Assembly (NCBI GenBank): GCA_963726455.1 | Contig: CAVSCK010000003.1 | Span: forward strand, 32,001-96,000 | DNA: 64,000 nt | Source of the DNA: an uncultured bacterium | Lineage (GTDB): Bacteria > Zixibacteria > MSB-5A5 > CAIYYT01 | Direction of reading: 5' to 3' | Part shown: positions 49,739 to 61,096 of the stretch, one piece after another | How the letters are laid out: every line of letters starts with the position of its first letter | Numbering within the stretch: position 1 is the stretch's first letter | The notes under the pieces: generated by a model | Seen by the model: the letters and a program-made list of their open reading frames with translations, nothing else | Databases searched by the model: none | What the model was told of the DNA's origin: nothing | Translations under genes and position numbers: made by a program

Positions 49739-51155
49739 CCGTATGTGATTCTCCAGTATTCTGTTTATCGACCAGCGCCCAGAGAACTACAGTGAGTCCC
49801 GAACACCAATACCAGTGCAGGCGGAACAGCGAGTGGCCGAAAATGCTGGTGAAGAAGAGTGCCGCTAGCGAACAGGTGATAGCGTAGGAAAGCCACTTGA
49901 CGAGGTCATCTTGAGGATTTCCTTCTCGCATTCGTTTTCGCAGCTTGAAATTCCGGCGCATCATGTAGAAGACCAGCGAGCCAGAACGCCAGCACACCAA
50001 CCATTCCTAGCTCGGCAATGAGCTGGACGTAAAGACTGTGGGCCTTGAGCCAGAGTGCCACGCGAGAATAGTCGCCGCTTGCATAGGCGACCGCGAAATT
50101 GCCGACGCCGATGCCGGTCACGGGACGCGACAGAAACATGTTGAAGCCGGCTTTCCAGGCATCAAACCGCCCCTGCGTTGAGGGATCGACCTCGCTGTTG
50201 AAGATAGATGAGTAGCGCTGTCTTGTATTGCGCTGGCAAGACAACCCAGCCGACAGCCAGCAACCAGCAGAAATATGGAGGCGGTAACCACTCCGTTTCG
50301 GCGATAGTAGCCAGATAAAGAACAGCACCAGCAGAAGGCCGATCACACCGGAACGCGAACCAGTGATGTGCGACAGTGAAGACGGAGGCCAGCGCCAACG
50401 ACCAACGGTTAGAAGTCGAGGAAATTATTCTTCGTCCAGATAAACGCAAACAGCCATGAAGGGAATCGCAAGACAAGACTGACGGCAAGCGTGTTGGGAT
50501 CGGCGCCGGACAGTGACTCGGCGCGGTCAATTCCCTGCGCGAACATCAGAGAGCCGCGGAAGTAGGCGATCGCCGAACTGATAGCATCATAACCGTTAGC
50601 AAGAATGAAGATCCAAATAAATCCTTTCAGCTTCTTCTCGTCCGTAACAATGTTGACGATCAGCAGGTAATACATGACCGTGCGGACAAAGTCGATCAGA
50701 GTACGAAACGAATTGGACGGCCAGACGGAGAGAGGGACTGACAAGGCCAGCGCCATCGTCATCAACAGCATGTGCCAGGTCATGCGCTCTCCGAGGAACA
50801 CGAATTTCTCGCCCTTTACCTTTTTGTGGATGGCCAGTGAGAACAGCAGGAATCCGGCAAGTAACGTGTCGGAATGTAAGGCCGCCAATTGCGGCCAGAC
50901 CACGCCGGGATTGACGACCAAGACCATATAGTAGACCAGCAGGCCGAAATAGGGATAGAGCATTATCAGGAGCGAAAACAGTGCGGCGATCAGTGCGCCA
51001 AAGATGATAATCGGCTCGACCAACAGAGCCACAACACCGACGCCGATTGCCAGCAGCACGAACAGGCCGATACCAATGCGGCGCGGCGTAAGCACCATGG
51101 TCGGAGCCGCGGCGCCGTAAGAATAAGAATGAGTGATTCTTGGCTCAGTATCCAT
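49689..51155 (-). CDS. O-antigen ligase/Wzy polymerase family protein (several frameshifts)
   Basis: DPNTLA, GSR motif region, STQGRFDAW, PVTGIGVGNF and AHSLYVQLIAELG across split ORFs. Confidence 0.82.
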
Positions 51156-51167
51156 CGATCTTCCCTA

Positions 51168-51830
51168 TCATACGTTTGATCGGCAGATACGCAACACAAT
51201 ATTCGTGAGCGGGCACGAAGAGTCAAGATTGAATGGATGATTGACTAGTAGCCAGTCGGTGAACTTGCGCAGCGCGGCGCCGCGATGGGAAACGGAATTT
51301 TTTTCGGCGGGAGTCATTTCGGCGAAAGTCTTGCCCAGCGGCGGATACAAGAACACGGGATCATAGCCGAACCCGTTTGCGCCACGACGTTCGGTGAGAA
51401 TAATTCCCCGCACTTCCCCTTCGAGGCAGACATCGCCACCGGCATAGGTGACGGCGATCACGGTTATGAAACGGGCGCTGCGACGATCCGGGGGCACGCC
51501 TTCAAGTTCGCGCAGGAGCTTGCGATTGTTGTCATCGAAACTGCAGCCGGGGCCGGCATAACGCGCCGAGAATACGCCGGGAGCGCCGCCAAGATACTCG
51601 ACCTCAAGGCCGGTGTCGTCGGCGACTGCCGGGATGCCGTATTTGCGAAAAATGGCGCGGGATTTTTCGAGGGCATTTTCGGCGAGAGTCACAGCGGTTT
51701 CCTCGATCTCGGGGAAATCGGGGAAGTCATTCCTGGTCAGAATCGTAATGCCACTGCCTGCAAGCATGGCGGAGAGCTCGGAAATCTTATACGGATTGTT
51801 GGTCGCGAGAATGAGTCTGGTGAATTTCAT
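51168..51830 (-). CDS. rdgB: Non-canonical purine NTP pyrophosphatase (RdgB/HAM1)
   Basis: LATNNPYK, ADDTGL, PGVFSARYA, GFGYDPVF and KNSVSHRG. Confidence 0.95.
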   Translation of the reverse strand: MKFTRLILATNNPYKISELSAMLAGSGITILTRNDFPDFPEIEETAVTLAENALEKSRAIFRKYGIPAVADDTGLEVEYLGGAPGVFSARYAGPGCSFDDNNRKLLRELEGVPPDRRSARFITVIAVTYAGGDVCLEGEVRGIILTERRGANGFGYDPVFLYPPLGKTFAEMTPAEKNSVSHRGAALRKFTDWLLVNHPFNLDSSCPLTNIVLRICRSNV

Positions 51831-52032
51831 GCTCGCTGCCCTGGAACGGTGCAAGGGTTCCGATCAGTCAACTGACAAAGGCGAAAAGATTGCATCGTCG
51901 CTTTCCCTTCACTGCCCCTTCTCCCTTCGCTCTTCGCAATGGTGGTGTCACGCGACGGAGAATCATGGCGAGGCGACACCGACATGGCAATGCTCCCCCT
52001 TCGACGCTCCAGTTGTCGGTTTGTCATATCAA

Positions 52033-52845
52033 TCAGTACTTGGTAATGTCGACGCGCATAACACCGCGGACGGTATCGCCGAGAAAATTGCGGGCGATTT
52101 GCGCAAATTGTTCCGGCAGGTCGGAGACATAGAATTTGCGTTCGCCTTCAGTGCGTTTCGGGTTGAGCGAGTCGTTCTTGAGCAAATGCTGATAGACGAC
52201 ACGGGCGGTTTCATCGGCGGAATCGATCAGGCAAACTTTGTCGCCAAGGACTTTCTTGATTACTGGCTTGAGCAACGGATAGTGCGTACAGCCAAGGATG
52301 AGCGTGTCGACGCCGTTGTTCTTGAAGGGGCTGAGGTAGTCCTCGGCAACAAGATACGTAGCGTCCTTATCGAGGTAGCCCTCCTCAACCAGCGGCACGA
52401 ACAGCGGACAGGCCATGCTGAAGACCTTGATGCCGGAATCGATGGCTTCAATGGCCTTGGCGTAGGCATTGGAATGAATCGTGCCGGTCGTGCCGATGAC
52501 ACCGATCTTGCCGTTACGGGTGGCTTGGACGGCACTGACGGCGCCCGGCTCGATGACGCCCAGGATAGTCAGGGAATATTCTTTCTTCAGCGACTCCAGG
52601 GCGATCGAAGACGCAGTGTTACAGGCGGCGACTACGATCTTGACATCCTGTTCGATCAGGAAATTCGTATCCTGCCGGGAGAATTGAATGATGATTTCCT
52701 TGGAACGCGGACCGTAAGGATAGCGGCCGACATCTCCAAAATAGACGACATCCTCCGAAGGCAGCAGCCGGAAGATTTCGCGCGCGACGGTCAGCCCGCC
52801 GAGTCCTGAATCGAAAACTCCAATAGGTCTATTGCGATCCGTCAT
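52033..52845 (-). CDS. murI: Glutamate racemase
   Basis: IGVFDSGLGGLTV, PYG, ACNTAS and LGCTHYP. Confidence 0.96.
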   Translation of the reverse strand: MTDRNRPIGVFDSGLGGLTVAREIFRLLPSEDVVYFGDVGRYPYGPRSKEIIIQFSRQDTNFLIEQDVKIVVAACNTASSIALESLKKEYSLTILGVIEPGAVSAVQATRNGKIGVIGTTGTIHSNAYAKAIEAIDSGIKVFSMACPLFVPLVEEGYLDKDATYLVAEDYLSPFKNNGVDTLILGCTHYPLLKPVIKKVLGDKVCLIDSADETARVVYQHLLKNDSLNPKRTEGERKFYVSDLPEQFAQIARNFLGDTVRGVMRVDITKY

Positions 52846-54325
52846 TCCCTTTTTTCTCCTTGTCGTAGCGGTCGGCGAACTTAACGATGCCGTTGTAAAT
52901 GGCCTCGGCGGCGGCCTGACGGAAATCCTCCTGCGCGAGCAGGCGGCTTTCAATCTTGTTGGAAATGAATGCCACTTCAACAAGCGCGGAAGGCATTTGC
53001 ACCTTGTTCAGAACGGCGAACCCGGCCTGATCGATACCGCGTGATTTGACATTAAGATCGGCAGCCAGTTCCTGCTGGATACTTTCCGCCAGTTGCCGTG
53101 ACTGGGTCAGGTATTCGGTTTGCAGGACATCCATGATAATGAAATCGAGATCTTTCTTATTGCGGTCGGTGGCGTCCGGCGCCTCGACCTTGAAGTCTTT
53201 GTTCTCCAGAAGTTCGGTGATGCGGGCATCATCGTTTTTGGCGGGAGACAGGAAGAAGGTCTGCGAACCGGTAGCGTTTTTCAGTTCGGACGAGTTCGCA
53301 TGGATCGAAACGAGCAGATCGCCGCGGGCAACATTGGCGGCCTGGGCACGCTCATCGAGCGATACGGTCTTGTCCTCGCGGCGTGTCAGCACGGGAGTAA
53401 AGCGCTTGCTCTTTTCGAGCAGAGCTTCCAGACGCAGAGCGATGTCGAGTACGACGTCTTTTTCTTTGAGGTTATTCTTGCCGACGGCGCCGTCGAAGTC
53501 ACCTCCGTGGCCTGGGTCAACAACGATGATACTAATGGGCCGGGATTCGTCATGGCGTAACAGAGCCGCTGAATCGCCGGGCTGCGGGACATACTGCGTG
53601 TTTTCGATGGAAATCTGAATTCGGTTTGGCGACGGGGCGTAGTTGTCGTGAAATTCGATGATGTTCTCGCGCACTTGGACCGACACCTGCGCCGAGTTTT
53701 CGAACTGGAAGGCGCGGATATTGATGATCTTTTCGTTGGGGTTCTTGCGGGTCAGACGCGGAACATCAACGCGCCCGCCGTGGATGGTGACATTGACCCA
53801 GTTGCCCTCACTGACGAAGACCTCATATTCCAGCTTCTTGGTGAGCATGATCTCCAACAGATCGCCGTTGACCTTGGTCTGGAAGTTGACGCCGGAGACG
53901 TTGAAGCCCTCTTTGACGGCAGAGATGATTTTGTCGCCTTCATCATAGACAAGCACGCGCTGGAACACGTCGGACAACAGGAAAAGAGTCTGCTGCAAAG
54001 GCACAAACATCTCGCCCTCACGCATGGTCGGGGGATTTACGAGATTGTAGGCGTTCCCATTGATCTGACAGAATTGTTCGCCGGATTTGAAGGTCAAGTC
54101 TTTGTGGTTGATGTCAACGTCAAGCTGGCGATTGCCCTGTTTCCAGTTGACCTTGGCTTCCATGGCCGAGAACAGGTCGGAGGCAGAGACAAAGTCGATC
54201 TTGTCAATTGTGACATGGCGGATTGGCAGGCCCTTTCCGATGCCTTTGAGCGTGATGGTGTCAGCGGACAGCCCCGCGGACATCATTATAATGAGGAGAG
54301 GAAATATCAACAACCGTCGCATCAT
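52829..54325 (-). CDS. N-acetylmuramoyl-L-alanine amidase (Amidase_3)
   Basis: Signal peptide, VDPGHGG, EKDVVL, VSIHAN and PSALVEVAFISN. Confidence 0.92.
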   Translation of the reverse strand: MMRRLLIFPLLIIMMSAGLSADTITLKGIGKGLPIRHVTIDKIDFVSASDLFSAMEAKVNWKQGNRQLDVDINHKDLTFKSGEQFCQINGNAYNLVNPPTMREGEMFVPLQQTLFLLSDVFQRVLVYDEGDKIISAVKEGFNVSGVNFQTKVNGDLLEIMLTKKLEYEVFVSEGNWVNVTIHGGRVDVPRLTRKNPNEKIINIRAFQFENSAQVSVQVRENIIEFHDNYAPSPNRIQISIENTQYVPQPGDSAALLRHDESRPISIIVVDPGHGGDFDGAVGKNNLKEKDVVLDIALRLEALLEKSKRFTPVLTRREDKTVSLDERAQAANVARGDLLVSIHANSSELKNATGSQTFFLSPAKNDDARITELLENKDFKVEAPDATDRNKKDLDFIIMDVLQTEYLTQSRQLAESIQQELAADLNVKSRGIDQAGFAVLNKVQMPSALVEVAFISNKIESRLLAQEDFRQAAAEAIYNGIVKFADRYDKEKKGNDGSQ

Positions 54326-54341
54326 GCAGTTATACCCTATG

Positions 54342-54806
54342 TTACTTACGGCGTTCCTTGAGCCGGCGATCAAGTTCGCGACGAACGTCGCGTTCGATGA
54401 TCGCTTCGCGTTTGTCATAGCTTTTCTTTCCGCGCACCAGGCCCAGTTCAAGTTTGGCGACTTTGCCCTTGAAGTAAATCTTCAAAGGCACGAGTGTCAG
54501 GCCGCGTTCGACGGCGCGGGCGTAAAGCTTGCGCAGTTCGCGCTTGTGCATCAAGAGTTTGCGGACACGGTTGGGTTCGTGGTTGTGGACATTGCCCAGA
54601 TCGTAAGGCGAGATATGGAAGTTGTGCAGAAAGAGCTCGCCATGGTCGATCACGGCGTAGCTGTCCTGCATTTGCGCCTTGCCCAGCCGCAGTGATTTGA
54701 CCTCGGTGCCGACGAGCACGATACCGACCTCGTAGGTATCAAGCACTTCGTATTCATGCCGCGCTTTGCGGTTCTGAGCGATGATTTTGAACTCAGGTGT
54801 GTCCAT
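54342..54806 (-). CDS. smpB: SsrA-binding protein SmpB
   Basis: NRKARHEY, GTEVKSLR, RKLLMHK and GKKSYDKRE. Confidence 0.97.
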   Translation of the reverse strand: MDTPEFKIIAQNRKARHEYEVLDTYEVGIVLVGTEVKSLRLGKAQMQDSYAVIDHGELFLHNFHISPYDLGNVHNHEPNRVRKLLMHKRELRKLYARAVERGLTLVPLKIYFKGKVAKLELGLVRGKKSYDKREAIIERDVRRELDRRLKERRK

Positions 54807-54971
54807 GGCTCGATGATACAATACGTAGTGACAATCTGCAATTGCTTTTGGTAAACGTGTCAACTGCGCGTGAGTTGTTAGGGTTCATAAGTTTAGCTTG
54901 ACGCAGCGTGGTCAGGAGGTTATCGTTCGGCGATTTGATATCCGCGCCTCGGGCGCGTCTTTATTTACAGA

Positions 54972-57900
54972 ATGAAAAAAACAGCTATCGCACTCTTCAT
55001 TGGCATGCTCCTCGTGTCGGCGGTCGCGGCCCGGGGCGGATCGATTAACGGCTACGCCTACGACAAATTTACGGATCAGCCGCTGAACAACGCCAAGGTC
55101 GTCGTTACCGGTACCAAGCTCCAAACGACCACGGATTCGACAGGCAATTTTCGGTTTCCGGAAATAGATGGTGGAATTTACGATCTGGAAATTTCGCTGG
55201 ATAATTATCACGAAGGTTTTCTCAAGCGCATCAGGGTGGGCACGCGACAGGATTTATCGGTTGAAGTCCGTTTGAAACCGATCACGGTCGAGGATCGCGC
55301 CAAGGGTCCGAAGGCGTTATTCCGCTATGGGAAGGTGACTGGAACGATTACCAACAAGACGACCGGTGCGGAACTTCCCGGGGCTTCAATCAAGATAGTT
55401 GAGTTGGCCACTGGCACCGTGTCACGAGTGGACGGTGGTTACAGCTTGCTGCAGATCAAGCCGGGCAGATATACTCTCGAGATATCATTGATCGGATACA
55501 TTCAAGTGAAGAATTATGGCGTTGAAGTGTATGCCGGCGATGAGTTGAAAATGGATTTCAAGCTTGAGGAAACAGTGCTTCCGCTCGGAAGCAAAGTGAT
55601 AGTTTACGGGGAAAGACCACTGATGGATCCGATGACACCGGCGGCGGTACGCTCGATCGAGCCACAGGACATCAAGCTGGGCGGTACGCGGGATTTAGGC
55701 GAAATCCTTAAGGAATTGCCGGGTGTCGTGGAGATTGACAAGGAACTGCATATTCGCGGTGGACGGACGTACGAGACGCAATACATGGTCGACGGCGTAC
55801 CGATCACTGATCCATTGATCAGGCGCGGCTATGGGTTGTCGCTTAAACGCCAATTCGATTCAGGAACTGAATCTGTACACCGGCGGCGCGGATGCTGAAT
55901 TTGCGCAGGCAACCAGCGGCGTGGTTGAAATCGCGACGAAAGAAGGACAGGAAAAATACGCAGGCGCGCTCAACTATAAGCAGGATCACTTCATGGGCGG
56001 GTCGGGTTTCAATACCGATCTGGTGGAAGCAACGTTGTCCGGGCCGGAGAAATTCACCACGGGACTCGCAAGGAAACTGGGACTGCCCGGCGAAACGTAT
56101 TTCTTCTGGGCGGGAAATTTCTCACTGAGCGACACCTACCTCCCCTATTCGCGCGATTTGTATTCATCGACATTCGGTGGGAGATCATGGTCGCCAAGAT
56201 CTGACAACCAGTATTCGACTATCCTGAAGCTATCATGGAAGCTGTCGCCACTGGTCAAAATTTCACTGTCGCATTCAGCGGCGGCCAATGTGAATCAGGA
56301 TCGCAGCATTCTGGACACGCGCGTGCGGACGATTGATTATTCCTATGGATATCCGTTCGAGTACAGCAAGATCCTGAACAGCTACAACACTTTCACGCAG
56401 CAATCAAACCAGCAGACAATGATTGTGGATTACAAGTTGTCGCCGGAGAAGCAACTGCATCTGACGGCATCGCGGTTCTTCACGACGTTACATTCCGACG
56501 TCAACGGCAAGAACTGGAAGAATTACGTCCAGCCACAGGACAACTATCCTGACACCACCATTATGGCTCCTGATAGCTCGTATTTCACGATTGTCAAAGG
56601 CGACGGGTTTTTCGACAGTGGGGACGGTGACAGTTGGTACGATCACTACATCGAGAACTACAGCGTCAAGACCACCTACGAAACCCAGGTCGAGCAAAAC
56701 TATTCGGTTAAGGTTGGCGCGGAATCGGAATTCCAGACCGTGCAGGTGCTCGATATTTATAAGCCGTGGCTCGGAGCATCGGGTTTTGGGCTGAATTATG
56801 ATGCCTACCAAGCCAAGCCGTCGACGCACGGCGTATTCGTGCAAAATCATCTGAACCTCCAGGGAATGGTCTTTGATTTCGGACTGCGCTATGACTTATG
56901 GTTTGCGGGCAAGTACGCCGAGGATGCGCTGAACAATGACAGCATCTCGCCGTTAAGTGCAGCATTGCGGAGCAAGTACAACGGCGAAACGACGCAATTG
57001 TTTGGTCGACGGGCACGGGGAATTATCTCGCCGCGTTTCGGTGTGGCCAATATGATCAGCCGCGAGTTAACGTTGTTTGCATCGTATTCAAGATTCGCCC
57101 ACGAACCATCGCCACAGTATGTCTATGCGAAACTGTACACGCCCTCAAGCGCGGCCTACCAGTTGTTCGGCAATCCGGCATTGGACTTCGAAAAAGTGAC
57201 TAATATGGAAGCGGGTGTGAAGTGGATGCCGCGTCCGCAAACGGCATTGGGAATATCGGGATATATCAAATACATTCAGGATTACATCGCCGCGACGGCG
57301 GTATCTCCTGATCCGCGCTTTCCGAGCGAAACCTATTTCATGTATTTCAACTTGGATTACGCCACCAGCCAGGGCGTGGAATTGGAATTTATCCGCAAGG
57401 CGAGCGATATCCTGACGTTGTCGGCCAACGCGTCATTCAGTAAGGCGCGCGGTGAGAGGTCATTGCCGGCGGACATTTTGCGAGGACTAAAGACGCGGTC
57501 GGAAGGCCAGATCTATAGCGACGTCGCGTTCGATTGGGACAAGCCGTGGCAGTTCGTGGTAAAGACTAATTTCACGATCCCGGCGGACAAGAATCCGAAG
57601 TTTTTGGGCGTGCCGCTGCCGCGAGACTGCAATTTCAATTTCAAGTTCTGGGGACAGGCGGGCAAACGCTACACTCCGTACAAGCAGACGACCGACAATC
57701 TGGGGTTTACAGTATTCGTGCCGACCGGTTCGACGAATTCGAAGCTGGGGCCATGGTGGAATTCGCTGGATATGTCCTTCCAGAAATATTTCCATCTTGG
57801 GAAGAATACGCTGACAGTATTCTTCGAGGGCACGAACCTGCTCGATCATAAGAATGTCACGCTGATCAATCCTCTGACAGGTAAAGCATATATGCAGGGC

Positions 57901-58029
57901 GACGTGATTCCGACGGGCGGCAATTTGTTCGAACTGCTGCCGTTGTCGTACAACCTGCCGCTGTGGGACAATCCGACGAAGTACCTGGCGCCGCGTCAAT
58001 TGAAGCTGGGACTGGGGGTAAGTTTCTGA
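54972..58029 (+). CDS. TonB-dependent receptor with two carboxypeptidase-regulatory-like domains (frameshift near 55845)
   Basis: Signal peptide, LPGVV..LHIRGGR..YMVDGVPITDP plug, GGADAEFAQATSGVV and terminal PRQLKLGLGVSF. Confidence 0.88.
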
Positions 58030-59141
58030 TGCGAGTGGTTGCAGCAATCTTCGGCGCAGTGGTGGTAATCGGCATTCTGATGGCAGTCGGTTGCGGCGAC
58101 AAAGTGACCTTGCCGAACGATCTGCCCAAGCCGAACTATCACGGCGGTGGAATTGATACATCCTACGTGCAGGTGAATCCGGTCTGGACCGAAGCGGGCG
58201 GAATTGCATTCAACAAGCCATACGACGTGTATATCGGATACGACCAGTTGATATATATATGCGACACCAAGAACAACCGGGTTGTGAAAATGTCGCCTGA
58301 CGGGACATTTCTGGGATCGGATTCAGCGACAAATCCGGTGGCGATAACGCAGGATCGCGGGCTGGATTTGCTGGTAGTTGCCGGGGATTTCCAGACTTTC
58401 ACGCGCATCGACAGCACGCACGTCGATACGACGACTTATGGCAATGCGGTCTATCGCAAACGCTATTTCGGCGGCCAGGGATTTCAGAAAGTGTTTCAAG
58501 CAGACTCCCCCTATTTTCGTTGGTATGACCAGGTGCAGCATATCTATCGGTTTGAGGAAGCCGCCTTCTACGGCATCGCCGCCTCAACCGGAATTGACAA
58601 AGAATACTTTGTGGCTGACTTCTGGAAAGGACGCATTGTCAGGTTCAACAGCGAGGATCGGGCGATACCGCCGGATCTGATCACCGAGGGGATTGAAGTA
58701 GGCAAGACAAAGTATCCGATGGATTTGTTCTATTACCAAATCGCCGGACAGGGATATCTGGCCTTTGCGCAGGGAGCGCCGAACCTGGGCGTACAGGTGA
58801 TCAGTCCGGTGAACGGAGCACCATACTTTACCAACACCGGGGAGGGGTTGCCACCGTTGGTGCGAATATCATCCGACGATGCAAAACAGGTTGTGGTTGA
58901 TGAGCTATCGAATTTCTACGTGTTGCTGTCGGCGCCCAATCCGAATCTGGGAGCACATCATTTCTTCCTCAAATTCGACCGCTACGGCCAACCACTGCTG
59001 GAGTTCGGGACGTTGGGAAGCGGTGAGCGGCAGTTCCGCAATCCGCGTGGCATGGCCTATCACAAGGGAATCATTTACATTGCCGACACGGGCAATAATC
59101 GGATCATTCGCTATCAGTTGGCAACAGATGTCCAGCAATAG
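58029..59141 (+). CDS. NHL-repeat beta-propeller lipoprotein
   Basis: Lipobox AVGC, ICDTKNNRV and QFRNPRG...IYIADTGNNRI. The start overlaps the receptor stop codon (TGATG). Confidence 0.8.
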   Translation: MRVVAAIFGAVVVIGILMAVGCGDKVTLPNDLPKPNYHGGGIDTSYVQVNPVWTEAGGIAFNKPYDVYIGYDQLIYICDTKNNRVVKMSPDGTFLGSDSATNPVAITQDRGLDLLVVAGDFQTFTRIDSTHVDTTTYGNAVYRKRYFGGQGFQKVFQADSPYFRWYDQVQHIYRFEEAAFYGIAASTGIDKEYFVADFWKGRIVRFNSEDRAIPPDLITEGIEVGKTKYPMDLFYYQIAGQGYLAFAQGAPNLGVQVISPVNGAPYFTNTGEGLPPLVRISSDDAKQVVVDELSNFYVLLSAPNPNLGAHHFFLKFDRYGQPLLEFGTLGSGERQFRNPRGMAYHKGIIYIADTGNNRIIRYQLATDVQQ

Positions 59142-59242
59142 CTGGAAGACGGTTATTTTCTGCTTGCGTTGGCGACAGCCACAAATATCTTAAGAAGCCG
59201 AGTGACAGCGGAATCGTTAGATAGCCGAGGTCACTGATTGCT

Positions 59243-59326
59243 GCCGAAGTGGTGGAACTGGTAGACGCGCTGCGTTCAGGGCGCAGTGTCCGTACGGACG
59301 TGGGGGTTCAAATCCCCCCTTCGGCA
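59243..59326 (+). tRNA. tRNA-Leu (anticodon CAG)
   Basis: Acceptor stem GCCGAAG/CTTCGGC, D-loop with TGGTA, anticodon arm CTGCG-TTCAGGG-CGCAG, long variable arm and GTTCAAATC. CCA is not encoded. Confidence 0.97.
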
Positions 59327-59374
59327 CTTTAATTTACTCCCTCGATTGACGAAAATTTCCCAGCAAGCGCCCAT

Positions 59375-60412
59375 CTACGATTCGGCGTCACCGTGATTAC
59401 GATTGTTGCGGCGCAGCGGCGTGAACATGGCAGCCCACGAACCAAGCCCGTAACAGAAGTGCAAGGACGGAAACCAGAATATCATCGGAAGTATTTGCCA
59501 GTACATCCGGCGTCTGAGACCGGCGACAACTGAGGCGATTACGTCCGTTAGGAGATAGAGTCCAGCTACGGCGATCAGAGCAATCAACGCGGGTGGAATG
59601 AATAGTGAAATTACGGCCAAAGAGACCAACAGCAGAACGAATAGCAGCGGTGTGAAGTGGCGGAGATTGAGGCCGCGCCGTCCCATCTTGGTCAGCATCA
59701 CGTTCCAGAATCCGTTTGTCCATGCCTGTTTGAGCAGCCCGGTGAATGTTTCGCGGCACAGATAGACGGGCTGTATGCTTGCGTCCATGTATGATCGCAG
59801 ACCCTGTTGGTTCATGCGTTCATGAAGGTCATTATCCTGATTCCGGGGCAAGGATTCATCGAAACCACCCGCGGCGAGAATCGCATCTTTACGGTACAGA
59901 GCCATGGTGACAGCGGGCACCCAGCCAGACTCACCGCCGATTCGATGGCGGGCATTGCCGACACCAAAGGGGCTGGAAAGAATCGTGGCGTTGATCTTGC
60001 CGACGCTTGAGTATGCCGCAGTCTCCAGCACGCCACCGACAGCCGCAGCATTGGTTTCGCGCATGACCGCAACACACTTGCGCAGGTGATCGGGTTTAAG
60101 AAGCGTGTGTCCTGAAGTCCAGAGAATCAACTCGAATCTGGCTTGCGACACGCCCAGATTCATTCCTGATGACACCAGGACGCCCGGATTCTGCAGGCAG
60201 CGTATCCGCGCATCACTTTTTGACAGACTGTGAATGATCGTGGGCGTCTCGTCCGTTGACATACCGTCGACGAGGATGATCTCAGTTCTGTCATGCGGGT
60301 AGTCGAGATTGATGATCGCATCCAAGGTACGCGCAAGCTGTTCGGCTTCGTTGCGAACGGCTAAGATTATGGAGATGCCGGGAAGTTCGCTATCTGGGAT
60401 TGACATCGGCAC
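59375..60412 (-). CDS. Glycosyltransferase family 2 (ExoA-like)
   Basis: ISIILAVRNE, VDGMSTDET, RNQDNDL and NGFWN. Paralog of 35999-37006. Confidence 0.88.
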   Translation of the reverse strand: MPMSIPDSELPGISIILAVRNEAEQLARTLDAIINLDYPHDRTEIILVDGMSTDETPTIIHSLSKSDARIRCLQNPGVLVSSGMNLGVSQARFELILWTSGHTLLKPDHLRKCVAVMRETNAAAVGGVLETAAYSSVGKINATILSSPFGVGNARHRIGGESGWVPAVTMALYRKDAILAAGGFDESLPRNQDNDLHERMNQQGLRSYMDASIQPVYLCRETFTGLLKQAWTNGFWNVMLTKMGRRGLNLRHFTPLLFVLLLVSLAVISLFIPPALIALIAVAGLYLLTDVIASVVAGLRRRMYWQILPMIFWFPSLHFCYGLGSWAAMFTPLRRNNRNHGDAES

Positions 60413-60417
60413 GGCTG

Positions 60418-61095
60418 TTATTTGTAGAATCTGGCAACGTAGTCCATGCCAGAACCCTTAATCTTGACGATTTCGCATCTGGCGAATCCAGCTTCCGTGG
60501 CAAGAGTCTGGAGCCGGCGTTCGTCATAGAAATAGACGGGACAGTTCTTGAGAAGATACCGAAATTTCCGAATCGGGGTGCGATACCACGAACGGCTCGG
60601 AAATGAGGCAATACACGAATGTTTACTGAGACGATGGAACTTGCGCAAGCAGGCAGCAGGGTCAGGCGTGTAGTCAAAGAAGCCCATCGCGACCACAACG
60701 TCGAAAGTTTCCGAGGTGTCGTACTCGTTGATGTCGGACTGTACAAATTCGAATGTGGTGCCACCGCCGGAGATTTGTGCTACATGCTGACGCGCCAGAT
60801 CAAGCATCGTACTGCTGATGTCGAGGCCGAGCACGCGCTTTACGGCAGCATCAATGTACCCCTGCGCATAGCGTGCGCCGCCGATGCCGATATCCAGCAC
60901 GCTGGAAGCGGATGACTCGCGCAGGTGATTCATGGTCAGGCGATACCTTTCGTAAATGTCGCGGCGGAAATGCTGGTTGAGAAAGTGCTGCCACGAGCTG
61001 ACGTTTTCGGTGGAATAGAGGGAATCGAATATTTCGCCGGATCTATCAAAATAGGCGGCAGCGCGCTGGTGGTCGGCCGAAGGATTCCTGTTCAT
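60418..61095 (-). CDS. Class I SAM-dependent methyltransferase
   Basis: VLDIGIGGA, GLDISSTML and FDVVVAMGFFDY. Confidence 0.85.
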   Translation of the reverse strand: MNRNPSADHQRAAAYFDRSGEIFDSLYSTENVSSWQHFLNQHFRRDIYERYRLTMNHLRESSASSVLDIGIGGARYAQGYIDAAVKRVLGLDISSTMLDLARQHVAQISGGGTTFEFVQSDINEYDTSETFDVVVAMGFFDYTPDPAACLRKFHRLSKHSCIASFPSRSWYRTPIRKFRYLLKNCPVYFYDERRLQTLATEAGFARCEIVKIKGSGMDYVARFYK

Positions 61096-61096
61096 T

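Noticed and set aside
51613-54695. Long plus-strand ORFs opposite rdgB, murI, the amidase and smpB
   Set aside because: They are antisense shadows of well-supported genes, expected in GC-rich DNA.
15530-55860. Split genes as programmed frameshifts or phase variation
   Set aside because: The junctions I examined have no consistent slippery heptamer or long homopolymer, and too many unrelated genes are affected.
59243-59375. tRNA-Leu as an integration site for an island
   Set aside because: I found no integrase and no duplicated tRNA 3' end in the window.
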